Assembly: GCA_010093705.1 (NCBI GenBank)
Contig: MU006100.1
Location: forward strand, 186,001 to 250,000
DNA: 64,000 nt
Source: Patellaria atrata CBS 101060
Taxonomy: Eukaryota
Direction of reading: 5' to 3'
The translations under genes were made by a program, and so were the position numbers. Of this stretch, positions 37,712 to 49,293 are shown one piece after another. Below the pieces are notes generated by a model. It was not told where the DNA came from. It saw only the letters and a list, made by a program, of their open reading frames with translations, and ran no database searches. The number at the start of each line of letters is the position of its first letter. The stretch's first letter is position 1.

Positions 37712-39079
37712 TCAAACCTGCTCATTCACAAACAATCCCGCCATACCCATACCAGTACCAACACACATACTGGTAAGTAGGATCCTCTTCTTCTGCCGCC
37801 GGCATTCGCTCAATCCTGTGACGATCTGCCTCGTACCAGTACAGCCCAACGGATGACCAAGCGCGATAGCACCTCCACGGATATTCATTTTAGCGGGATC
37901 AATCTTAAGAGTTTCTAAACAGTATACAGCCATGCTAGCAAAAGCTTCGTTTATTTCGATGATGTCGACGTCATCCAGCGATAGGTTGAATTGGTTCAAC
38001 AGCTTTGGAATCGCTAACGATGGGCCAATACCCATGATCCTAGGCGGGAGTCCGGCAACAGTTGCTCCAACGTATTTTGCGAGGATAGGTTGATTCAAAT
38101 CCTCTGCTTTCGATCTCCTCATCAAAATTACGGCTGCCGCACCATCTGTGACTTGTGAGCTGTTACCCCCAGTGCTCCTATCTCCATGAGGTAAGAAGGC
38201 AGGTCGGATCTTCGCGAGAGCCTCGTATGTGGTACCGTACCGCGGACCCTCATCTCTCGTGAGCGTGACTGTCTTCTCCTCTCCGGTCTTTGGGTCCTTG
38301 ATAATCGTGGTGATAGGGACAATTTCATCATCAAACCAACCAGCCTTTTGCGCCACCTCTGCTCGTCTAAAAGACTCGCATGCGAACTGATCCTGCGCTT
38401 CTCTTGGGATATTGAAATCTTTAGCAACGTTTTCAGATGTCTGACCCATAGGTTGCATGCAGTCATTTCCATCCGGAGTGGCTAGGATCTCATCGACGAA
38501 TGGACGCTCCAACCTATCTCCACCAACGGTCATAGACTCTGCGCCGATTGCGACACCGCAGTCTATAGCTCCGGTGAGGATCTGGTTTGAAATATCTTGA
38601 ACCGCTTTGAGACCTGAGGAGCAGAACCGATTGACAGAGGAAGAAGAGGTTGTATTTGGGAAACCTGCGCCTAGAAGAGCTGCTCTTGCGTAATAAGCTG
38701 CTTTTGCGTCGGACACCTACGCAGTATGTCAGTTACTATCATGAAGAATGCGGTATAGGGACTTCATACATTCCCCAAACATATATCCTCAATGAATGAA
38801 GGGTCCAACTTCTGCAATTCGGCTTTCTTGCGAACCTCTTTTAACATCTTTACAACTATGCCATCCAGTGTTGTATCCTTGAACCCTCCCTTCTTCGCCT
38901 TTGTCAAGGGTGTCCGGATCGCCAGGGTTATTACTACATCATCAGGGTTCTTTGTTGTGCTAATTGGTCGTTAGCAGCGTCGTCGTGTGTGTTCGAGACT
39001 GGGATGCATACATTGCTGCTAAACCGCTCTTTGAGGGTGAGATGTGAGATAGTATAGAACTTAAGCGCTCGCTAGCCAT
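37712..39079 (-). CDS. pot1: Peroxisomal 3-ketoacyl-CoA thiolase
   Basis: Exons 39079-39012, 38959-38770, 38716-37712. PTS2-like RLSSILSHI, catalytic NRFCSSGL, NEAFA, GHPLGCTG, CVGTGMG. Confidence 0.93.
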
Positions 39080-39190
39080 GCTGAGATGATTAAAGAAGTA
39101 GGTCTCTTCGCAACTTGTTGATCCAAAAAGCTGCGATGAGGAAGTTGTAGACAGCTTGTTGCTATGGGCGTCCACGGCTTTTGAAGGATT

Positions 39191-39423
39191 GTGGGGAAGC
39201 CGAGGCATCTTGATGGAACGAAAAACGGTGGCAACACATCTGCCGTAGAAAGAGATGCAAGCATCGGCTTATAGTGATAAGTAATCTTTAAAGCTCTGCA
39301 TGGTATCATTAATCCATATCCAATGTACTGATAGCGATCCCCACAGATGTACCGCTTGAGTATTATTGGACGACTTGGAGGCTACAGTATTCTGATGTCT
39401 CGGTGATCAAATCTGATCACCGA
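39191..39423. promoter_or_regulatory. Putative fatty-acid-response and catabolite-repression sites upstream of the thiolase
   Basis: CCGAGG (FarA/FarB/CTF1 core) at 39200-39205; SYGGRG at 39191-39196 and, reversed, at 39339-39344; palindrome TCGGTGATCA-aatc-TGATCACCGA at 39400-39423. Confidence 0.55.
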
Positions 39424-40002
39424 CACTAACTTTAACCTTAACTTAACCTACTTTAAAGAAAAGTGTAAGGTAAGGTAGTGCCTTCATGTATTGCGCTTCC
39501 TTATTTACTAAATACTACTATAAGTAGGAATCCTGCCGTACTAAAGCAGACAACTGAATATGTGTACGGAGCAATCAGACTATAGTTCTAACACCTCCAA
39601 AAATAAAGGTTCCAAGTGAAGAATATCAAATGAGGACAGTTGAGGAAGAGCTAAGAGAGTGTATCTCCGAAGAACAAGGCTTTTCAGAGCTCGAAAGAAT
39701 AATATTAAGTTGTAAACCAGGAATAGCAATAACAGTAAAAGGATAGTTCTACTCCGTACTCCGTACTTTCAATTATGACTCTAAATCTTGTGGCAAGTCT
39801 GTTCCGGCTTGGTATCAACCAAGAGAGGTGGTTGATAGTAACGAGCCTTGGGGATTGAGTGGACAGTGGCAGCAAGAACATTTACCAACATCCCTACTGT
39901 CTTCATCCGAGACGACGACTATTCCTATGGAAGTATAAAAAGGAGACCCGCTGAAAACCCGTTTTCGTTATCCTAGAACTACCAAGTAGAAGCATCTTTA
40001 GT

Positions 40003-42123
40003 ATGGACAATGTTAGACCATCTCAACCGTCTAGGCTATACAAACCTCTCGATGATTCAACAAAACAGATGCGTTCGCTGACCGTTGAGAAACCATGGGA
40101 ATCAGGGAGCATCCCAGGGTTGCTAAATGATGTTGATATAGCGCTTTTAGAACTCTTATTACCTTCCCGACTTCGGTTTCCATTTCCAATTCGCTCTAAA
40201 ATAGCAGTCTTTGATCTTTTTGCGGCACCGCCATACACAGCTCTATCGTACGCATGGAGTACAGAACTAGCGACTGAGCCAATTGAGATCGATGGCCAAA
40301 AGGTGCAAGTGACGGCGAGTCTCTACTCAGTACTTCATAAAGTTCGATGGAACTTTAAGTGAGATTATATCTGGATTGATGCGTTATGTATCAACCAAGA
40401 CGACGCCAAGGAAAAGAGCCACCAGATACCATTGATGAGCGAGATATATCAAAATGCCACTTGGGCATTCGCATGGCTCGGAGAAGGGTTGCCGTCCACC
40501 GGTCGTTCTATCTCGCTTATTTTGACGATCAGTTCGGAAATGTCTAAAGATACAACGGAAGGTGAGGACCTCGAAAGGGCTTGTGAAATGTTTTACGATT
40601 TAATTCCAGCTGAGGATGGCCTAAAAGCTCTTAGTGACTTCTTCAAGCTCCTTTATTGGGAAAGGGTGTGGGTCATTCAGGAAGTTGCTTTTTAACAGCA
40701 TACCATTATCGTTTTTCGAAACAGTTACACTGAGTGGAGCGAAATTGTGACCTTCTGCGCTGCTCTCCGATTGCTCGTCGCTTGGTGCGGGAGGACTGGG
40801 CGAAGACAGTTGTACTTCGACACTGGACCCCTGGAGAGGTTTCGACGCATAGTCAGAGGTTCAAAAACTCGTCCATATGAACCCGAAAAGGTGCATAATG
40901 AGGCTTACCTCAGTTTAAACATGATGATAAATCAAGATCTTTTGACTCTCTGCCTATCAATGACTTCTTTCAAAGCTACGGACCCACGGAATAAAGTCTA
41001 CGCTGTACACAATCTAGCGCCGAAGAATAGTGTTAAGATCCATCCAGACTGTACTAAGAGTGTTCCAGAAGTTTATAAGGACATAATAGTCAAGACAATC
41101 CGTCATACAGAGAGCTTGAATTGCATAAGTATTGGCAGGATCAGTGTTTTACAGGATAAACCGCTGACGGATATGCCGTCCTGGATTCCAAATTTCGAAG
41201 ACTTCGAAGACTCAAGTAAATTCGGAGGACCTATAGTTAACCCTCCTGGTACAATCCACACCCATCGCGCGAGCAAGTCTACGATCCCTGCATACCGGTT
41301 CACAGTACTTTTTGACCAACTACCCGCACGAGGCTTTATTTGTGATGAAATATCTGAAATCATCCATTACACAAATACAGTAATTCCAGACCGAACACCA
41401 ATGTTTCATTCAATTGCCAGTATCCTAGCAACGCATCAAATCCCATATGAACAGCAGACTTCAATCTATCGACAGCTCTTGCTGAGCTTATTCCCGGAAC
41501 TTAGACTGGACGCCGTATCAGATCTCCGCCCGAGTATCATTAGCAATTTCGCTTCAATCTTCATGTCCGAGTTAGGCCGTTCATCCCTAGTACTATCCTT
41601 CTACGACAAGATGGTGTCTCCGGAGCTAATCACAGGCCGCCAGTTCGTCGAAAAATTAAAGCACAATTAGACCCTGCGCTCAGTTATGCAATGGCGGAAC
41701 TCTCACCACAAGCAAATATTCCATTGTCAAAGTCCGAGCTAGGTGAACTATACACTAAAGCTGTCGACGCATTCCACGATCCCACAGATTTGCAATGCTG
41801 GTTGATTCCGCTACACGGTCCTCCAGATGGCTTTTCTATAGATATTGTAAAGAACAAAGTCAAACGCTGTTTCTAAGAAGGTCTCATTGGTAGGGCATTT
41901 GTCATTTCGAAATATGGTTATATGGGCTACGTTCGACCTGGTGCTCGCAAGGGAGATAAGATCTGTATACTCTTCAGATGCTCAGTTCCACTCATCATTC
42001 GCCCAGTCGGGGATAAATATGTTCTCATAGGGGATTCTAATAATCTATGGAATGATGGATGGGGAGATGGTTGAGAAGCAAGAAGCCGGAATGTTTGAGA
42101 TTAAGGACTTTGTGTTTAGATAA
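40003..42123 (+). pseudogene. HET-domain (HET-6-like) pseudogene
   Basis: YTALSYAW, WIDALCINQDD..EKSHQIPLM, YWERVWVIQE, ATDPRNKVYA, PSWIP, GYMG...GDKICIL, YGMMDGE. Interrupted by stops at 40360 (TGA), 40693 (TAA) and 41874 (TAA) and by frameshifts near 41653 and 42040. Confidence 0.88.
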
Positions 42124-42361
42124 CCAAGATGATCATCTAACATTTGCCAACACCGCACATACCTTCGCTCACCCGGGACGACAATGATGAATGATCCATT
42201 CCTGTATGACCGTAAAGCAGACATCATTATATCCACCAAAACATGCTTTGTTCTTCTCCAACGACATATTCAGCACTAGTGAAGGCGCACTATGTTCATC
42301 ATAAACAATCGTCCTCTTCCTACTTTTTTTTCCAGGACGTCAAAGATACTAATAACCTTAC

Positions 42362-43106
42362 TCACTCTTGCACATGACAAGCATCTATTGTGAAAACCAC
42401 CTGATTCTCAATAATCAGAACTCTGATATCTTCCTCTTCACGATAAAGAGTTTCCCGATCCCCCAATGCCTGCTTACACCTTCGGCCACATTTCCACTCT
42501 TCATCGTGAACTGAAATATCTCGTGGACACGCATACAACTTCTTCATATAAATGGATGGAATTACCTCCACCTCGGTATTTCCCGGATATTCGAATCTTT
42601 TACCCTCGGCTCCTTCAAATTTTTGCGTCCTAACACGGATCTTAACCGCATCGTTGTATCTCTTCTGCTCAAGCCACTCCACCAGCGGTGGAATGTCATA
42701 GTACCTTGCATCCTCAAGGATCGCTAGATACATAGCATCATCATGTCCCTTGATGCGATCATACAGTACAGGGAAGATCTTGCGGCGAAGGAATCTGAGT
42801 ACGTGTTCGAAAACTACAGGGTCACCGTCGACGAAATATGCGCCGTTAGCGTCTCGTATAGGGACCCATCTATCGGAAAGTAGGCGCTCGAAGAACCCGC
42901 TCTGGGTGGTTAGGGTCGTACGGTATGTATCAAAGAGCTTGTTGCCAATTCGCAGTTGTACGGTACGCGCGTCACTGTTGTTGTCGCTGCTACCTGGTAT
43001 GTATACCGTTGGCGCTGGAGTGGAGGGGATTAGGTCTTGGGAGGATTGAGACGCCTGCGACGTTAGTATTGGGGTATTCTGCTGTACAAAGGAAGAACCG
43101 TACCAT
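42362..43106 (-). CDS. BTB/POZ (KCTD/T1-like) domain protein
   Basis: ATG at 43106-43104, intron 43103-43055 (GTACGG...TACTAAC...CAG), then VQLRIGNKLFDTYRTTLT.SGFFERLLSDRW...YFVDGDPVVFEHVLRFLR...ILEDARYYDIPPLVEWL. Confidence 0.85.
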
Positions 43107-43609
43107 TGTTTTGCCCTAAAAATTCTTTTGTGTTCGAAGTCTCACCTTTGGTCTAGTACGGCGTTTGTACTGTACTGATTCGTTGAGATTGAGGGGAGAA
43201 TGATTGCGGTGAGAATCTTCAGTTTCAGGATGTGGCAGCGAGATATTCTGCGCACTTTATATAGCTCTTTGTACGCTTTGGAGTTTTTTTGATACCGTCT
43301 GTTTGACTTCCAGGTTTGACTGACGTGAAGGTATAGATCATGTAATTGTTCCCGAGCGGTGTTTGAGCAAAGGAGGACTACCCGATATGGTTAGCGCTGG
43401 GGTGGAATAGGGATCCTTCCAGACCAGCCCTTTTCAAGGTATGGGCCAAGCGTAAGCGTTCCATCTGATTCAAGCTCTAAGCTCAAGTGGACTCTAATTC
43501 ACTCCCTCGATACAACACCAAAGAAACCCGGTTCATCCTCTGCGTACATTTTCGCAAGTCGAACCCTATATTACTCTTATTTCGGAAGTACGCAAATATC
43601 TTACCATCC

Positions 43610-44608
43610 ATGCGTCCGCCCTACTTCCTCCTCCCGATCCTCTCCCTCACCTCCGCCCTCCCCGCCACCTCACCCTCCTCCTCAGAAGTAACCCTCCCGC
43701 TCGTAATCTGGCACGGCCTCGGGGATAACTACGCCGCCGACGGCCTAACCGACATCGCCCGATTCGCAGAAGAAACCAACCCCGGGACATTGGTCTACAT
43801 AATCCGACTCGGCACCGACCCATCCTCCGACCGCACAGCAACCTTCTTCGGCAACCTGACACTGCAGATCTCGCAAGTCTGCGCCGACCTAGCCACACAC
43901 CAGATCCTCTCGACCGCGCCGGCCGTAAACGCGCTCGGCTTCAGCCAGGGCGGCCAGTTCCTCCGCGCCTACGTCGAGCGCTGCAACGTGCCACCCGTGC
44001 GGAACCTCGTCACGTTCGGGAGCCAGCACAACGGGATCGCGCGGTACGAGAACTGTGGGCCCACGGACTGGGTGTGCAAAGGGGCGTTTGCGCTGTTGCG
44101 CGGAAACACGTGGAGCGCGTTCGTGCAGAGCAGGCTCGTGCCCGCGCAGTACTATCGCACCGTCGAGGAGTATACCGGGTTGCCGACGAAAGAGTACTTG
44201 GAGCACTCTAATTTCCTGGCCGACATGAATAATGAGCGTGAGGTGAAGAATGAGACGTATGCGGAGAATATCGCGCGCTTGAATCGGTTCGTGATGTATT
44301 TGTTTGAGGAGGATACGACGGTTGTGCCGAAGGAGAGTGGGTGGTTTGCTGAGGTTAATGGGACGACGGGGGATGTGCTCCCGTTGAGGAATCGTACTAT
44401 TTATACCGAGGATTGGTTGGGGTTGAAGAGGTTGGATGAGAAGGGAGGTTTGATATTTGAGACGACGGAGGGAGGGCATATGTCGCTCAGTGATGAGTTG
44501 TTGGAGAATGTGTTCAGGGACCACTTTGGGCCAGTAAAAATGGTTGAAGTACTAAGTGGAGATAAAAGACTGTTACAGGGGACTGGACAGGAAGTTATGG
44601 AGTTGTAG
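43610..44608 (+). CDS. ppt1: Palmitoyl-protein thioesterase precursor
   Basis: Signal peptide, PLVIWHGLGD, nucleophile GFSQGGQFLR, FGSQHNG, DTTVVPKESGWF, YTEDWLGLKRLD, GGHM. Confidence 0.93.
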   Translation: MRPPYFLLPILSLTSALPATSPSSSEVTLPLVIWHGLGDNYAADGLTDIARFAEETNPGTLVYIIRLGTDPSSDRTATFFGNLTLQISQVCADLATHQILSTAPAVNALGFSQGGQFLRAYVERCNVPPVRNLVTFGSQHNGIARYENCGPTDWVCKGAFALLRGNTWSAFVQSRLVPAQYYRTVEEYTGLPTKEYLEHSNFLADMNNEREVKNETYAENIARLNRFVMYLFEEDTTVVPKESGWFAEVNGTTGDVLPLRNRTIYTEDWLGLKRLDEKGGLIFETTEGGHMSLSDELLENVFRDHFGPVKMVEVLSGDKRLLQGTGQEVMEL

Positions 44609-44950
44609 GAGAATCAAGGTGTAGGTCTAAAGATAGCATTGGGATGGGCATTAATAGGCGCCTGGGGGAATCATTCGATTGATGGTATGACACAAGTCTA
44701 GTTACTCTATCTTGGATTTATTCAAGTAATACAATGTGTTCGCCCAGTTCGAAACATGTGGAATTGTATGTAATGTAGGATAGTTCAACGACTAGAGCAA
44801 TGATACAGGAAATATTGAGCATGATCGGTAAACCATAGTTGCGTCATGACACATAAAGATGAATTTGAGAATTGAATTATATTAACAATCGAAATCAGAG
44901 GTCCGGATGTTCTCTGCCAACTCCATACGCCATGCATAGAATGGTACTAC

Positions 44951-46312
44951 TTACGCCGAAGGTCTTCTCAGCTCAGCCTTTTTGACTTTCCTCAAAGCTT
45001 TCCCTTCTTCCTTTCTGCTTTTCATTAAAGCTTTCTTTTCGGCCGTTTTGCTCATTTTAGCTGGCTCCTTTTCATCTACTTTAGGCTTACCACCCTTCTC
45101 TATCGTCGCAGGCTCTAGCTCCTTTGTTCCATCCTCGACTGACTTTCTACTCTTCTTCAGAGACTTCTCTTCTAACTCTTCCTCCTCCTCACGTTTCAAC
45201 TTTCTACTCTTCTTTGCTGATTTGCCCTCTGGTTCTTCTCTCTTCTTCGATGATTCCTCTCTGTCAGTTTTCGCTCTCTTGACGGTCAATTCATCCCCTT
45301 CCTTAGGAGTATCCTCTGGGGTTTTTCTCTTCCTCCCCCTTTTCTCTTTATCCTTGATAGGAGGCTGGAACGGCTGGTCCAATACCTGGTCCTCCTCAAC
45401 CCAGAGCTCTTCCGCTAACCAAACAGGTAAAGCCATAGTATCTGGGCCTTTGATATGTAACGATCTCAAATTCCGCCACCCCTTTGAGATAAACTTCCTC
45501 ACCAAACCTGCAACGACCGCATTAATATTCTGAACAATCTTCTCCGGCGCCCATGAAGCGTAGGCGACTTTCACTGCCGTGGTGGTCGAGGCTGACAGAT
45601 GCACCAAAGCGGAGGATATCGCACGGCTGATCTCCTTTGCTACAAGAGCAGGTTCACCTATCAACTTTTCTTGTGGAATGCCAACTTCCTTTATCCTCTG
45701 CTTATTCTCATCTTTGGCAAACTTTTGCTTCCCGATCAAGCTCACTGGTACAGGTCTCTTCGCTCCACCTCTGTAGAAAGCTTTACCAAGCGTCTTTGGA
45801 AGCATTGTGACAATACGGTCGTCTGCGAGGAACATGTCATATTCCCCGATCAACTGTCTCCGGGCCTCATAGCTCTTGTACTTCTTGGACAATTTCTTAA
45901 TGTCGATAACTCGAGCGATCTTGGATGAGAGTTCAGCAGAGAATGTAGGATGTGCGATGAGGTCCTTATAAGCACGCTGTGGTGCTACAGTGATGAGGCA
46001 AATTTTCGTGTCCGGCGACTGGTTGAGCGCATGAGGAAGCGCAATTTTCCCGGGCTTCAGTTTTGCATCGTCGACGATGTGTTGTTTTGTTGAGACAATC
46101 AACCATACCGGAGTCTCTGAAACCTGGACTTCATCTTCTGAGCCTTCTTCGGCTAGTAGATTCTTTTTCTCGGCCTGCGATTGCTTGGTCTGAAGCTCAG
46201 AGGAGATGTGCTTTGTAAGGGCGGTAACAGCACGAGAAACCTGCTTCGAATCAAGTTGGTATGGAGTCCCTGATTCTGGTCGAGTAGTCAACGCAGTAGA
46301 TATCGGAGCCAT
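44951..46312 (-). CDS. Ribosomal protein L1-domain nucleolar protein (Utp30/Cic1/RSL1D1-like)
   Basis: KPGKIALPH, KYKSYEARRQL...FLADDRIV.MLPKTLGKAFY, WRNLRSLHIKGP.TMALPVW, and a Lys/Glu-rich tail. Confidence 0.9.
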   Translation of the reverse strand: MAPISTALTTRPESGTPYQLDSKQVSRAVTALTKHISSELQTKQSQAEKKNLLAEEGSEDEVQVSETPVWLIVSTKQHIVDDAKLKPGKIALPHALNQSPDTKICLITVAPQRAYKDLIAHPTFSAELSSKIARVIDIKKLSKKYKSYEARRQLIGEYDMFLADDRIVTMLPKTLGKAFYRGGAKRPVPVSLIGKQKFAKDENKQRIKEVGIPQEKLIGEPALVAKEISRAISSALVHLSASTTTAVKVAYASWAPEKIVQNINAVVAGLVRKFISKGWRNLRSLHIKGPDTMALPVWLAEELWVEEDQVLDQPFQPPIKDKEKRGRKRKTPEDTPKEGDELTVKRAKTDREESSKKREEPEGKSAKKSRKLKREEEEELEEKSLKKSRKSVEDGTKELEPATIEKGGKPKVDEKEPAKMSKTAEKKALMKSRKEEGKALRKVKKAELRRPSA

Positions 46313-47625
46313 TATGAGTTCTATGTAATCATTCACCAGGTAATGGTGTCAAAATCGAATGTCATCTGTTGCTGTACCCGGGACAGGGACCTGGAAAAAG
46401 TTCGTAGATGCAAAAAGCCTGCCAAGATTTCACGGCGCCGGGGATACTTTGCACCGTGAATGCTTCACCGCCTGAGATTTAAAATTTAAGCTTAAACTTT
46501 CTGCCTCAAAGTTTACCGTGATTGGACATGAGCTTAATTGCATCTCGATCGTCATCGCTTGTTCTTGCGTAAACTTTCGCGTTCCCGTCCCGCACACAAG
46601 TTGGACTAAGAATAGCTTTTCTTTTTGAATTGTCACTCTGAAGACGATTCACTCATATCTTATTTGATGATATGGAACATCATGATAAGTGTCATTCATG
46701 AGACTTATCTTCCGAGAATTATCCTCACCAGGTCGCCAATTTATCGCGTCTTAGGCTGTCACGGCTGTGTCAGTCAGCACTCGAGGAGTAAGGGCCTGAA
46801 TCCCGCGAACCGTCTTTGCTATCTGTGTACCTGCGGCACACACTCCCAAAGGAGATTAGATATAATACTTTTGGAGTAAGAGAATGATCATTTATCAAGA
46901 ATATGCATACGAAAGTGGGAATATCACACTTACGGCGCGTAAGCGTGCGGCCAATTGACGCGCTTAATTCCCGAAGCGTTAGACGAGCGGGGAACAGAGG
47001 GGGCTGAAAGGTGAGATTGAATAGATTGCGTTATTCCAAAAGCCGAGGGTATACCTTAGAGATATGATTGCCTTACAGCATTATGTAGCCTTATGTCTTA
47101 TGTTTCTTTGTGCAGCATGCAGAAACACGCTGTCTCGTGTTGGATATGTCTTGCATAAAACCGCGGCTGTAGACCAAAGTCACGGTGCTGCAACCAGAAT
47201 ATACGTAGATTTCACAGATATTTTTAACAAAACGAACGCGAAAACTAGTTTAAGATTGAATATTAAATCTTGCTCAAAAGCTCGATTTATTCTACTTATG
47301 CACGTGTCGGCGTAATTCAGGTTTTTGTGTGGAGTGGAGGCTTTGCATTCGACACGCTATATCGAGCTTGGACATTCGCGGTCCGCGAACCTTGACATTC
47401 CTTCAAATTGGTCTCTCGACCTCAACCGCGACCTTCTCTCCTCCTCAATTGACCACTATGGCCTCATGAGTTTGTCTAACCAGACAGTTTTAGTTGTCTT
47501 ATTCTCCTTTTCAGCATCTCCTTCGCGTGCTGTCTTGTCTCAACCCTGATATCAACCTCCTCCATACGAGAAGTATAGCAGCTGAGGATACCATATACCC
47601 TCGCGTTTTCGACTCTCTTCTCATC

Positions 47626-49293
47626 ATGCACTCAGAACAAGCCAGAGATGGAGCCCAGTCCTCTTATATCACATCTCCCGCAGAGCAGGAACGGACACGA
47701 AAGCCATCGTTACTTCCCGCCTTTGAGCCTTTCTCATCCTCCCCACTACCTCGTCCAGCGAAACGTAAGTTTGGAGAAGATGAGCCCCCTCAATTTAGAC
47801 ACGAGATCAAGTGTTATCCTACTCCTATTCCGACATCTTCAACCGATATACTTCCCTCATCACCAACGCGTTCGACACGTCCCCCACGTCCGCCTATGAC
47901 ACGCACTATTTCCACGTTCTCGGAAAGGAACCCTTTGGGTGCAGTACCTGAGATTAGGTTGAGTGCTAATGGCGAACCAACTCTTATGGGAAGATCGAGC
48001 ATCTCGTCGGATCATCAACTGTCGGCGAGTCGACTCATTTCTCGTGTCCATATACGCGCTTCATACAACCCTCCATCCGCAGAGCATACCAATGGCCAGG
48101 TTATGATAGAATGTTTAGGGTGGAATGGAGCAAAAGTGCATTGTCAAGGGTCGGTGTTTGAACTTGGAAAAGGAGACAACTTCTCGTCGAGTCAACCGAC
48201 TAACCAGATTATGGTGGATGTGCAAGATGCTCGTGTGATTGTGCAATGGCCAAGACTCGATCAAAATCCGCATTTGGGGCAAAGCTGGAGTGAAGAAGGT
48301 TCACCTACTCAAACTGGTTCACTTCAACATGGCTTCGCGTCGAGTCCACCTCCTATGTTTCGACCAGACTCTCCGGAATCCCCGACGCCTGCGAACAACA
48401 ATGCTACCACGTTCCTAGCATCTGGTTCTAGTAGCTTGTCGAGCCCTCCTAGAGTGCAAGTGTATGAAGATCCCGACTCAGGAGACGATGCTGCCAATGT
48501 ACCCTTACCAAAGGAATCTTCTTCCCTGTCGGAATTGAGCTTTGAGACCTTGGATGTCCCTCAAAGTTCATCGAGTTTTCTTCCTCCCTCAAATTTCGAT
48601 GAAGAAAATGAGGAGAATGATGAGAATGAGGAAAACGACCCCGTTGTTCACTCTTTTGGGCCCTTTGGCGCGAACCTCTTACCACGTTTGGCTTCGTTCA
48701 ACACGGCCTCTCCCCGACCCGTTGTCTCCCCTCAACACTCCCGAAAGCGGCTTGCTCCTGTCAAAGAGAACTCCGTATCTCCTAAACGTCAGCAGAAAAC
48801 CGAGCCAGCTACCCGCAGGATCAATGAAAGCCCGATCAAGAACCATGTCATCAACCAATTAGCCTTCTCACGTGTGCATTCAATTCCCCTCTCGACCATC
48901 ATGGGTAATCTCCCCGCTGAAATGAAAATGGACTCGGCTTTGTCACCAACCGGCCGCTCGACCGATAAACTTGACGACCCCTTCAACTCCACCGTCGTGC
49001 CAGCCCTTACACAACCTGACCTGCAGACCATCCTAGATGACATCCCCTGCGTTGGAGAGATCACGCGTGAAGGTAAAGATGCTGCTGGTAAGCCTTTGGA
49101 AAGCGAGTTCTATTATGTGCCCGATATGGATACCGATCATAATCGACGTGAAGCTGTTGTTAATGGTAGGGGAGGAACAGGTCTTCGCAGCGTGAGGAAG
49201 AGCCACAAGGTAAATATTTCGACAATCACTCTGCTTAGTGTCGTTGCTAATGCATAGAAAAAGCAATACTACTGGAAACGCCCACGGTTCTGA
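47626..49293 (+). CDS. tos4: FHA-domain G1/S factor, Tos4/Plm2-like
   Basis: FHA motifs MGRSSISS...ISRVH...CLGWNGAKV; GKDAAGKPLESEFYY; last intron from 49210, terminal exon QYYWKRPRF*. Confidence 0.85.

Noticed and set aside
39432..39478. TTAACC/TAAGG runs resembling telomeric repeats or a hairpin
   Set aside because: Too short and degenerate; not TTAGGG arrays.
33264..43106. Cullin and BTB protein as a functional E3 ligase cluster
   Set aside because: The cullin is Cul1, which uses Skp1/F-box adaptors, whereas BTB adaptors use Cul3. Adjacency is probably chance.
43889..45533. ORFs of 211 aa (-) and 183 aa (+) overlapping PPT1 and the L1-domain gene
   Set aside because: Antisense shadows caused by codon bias and Lys/Glu-rich sequence.
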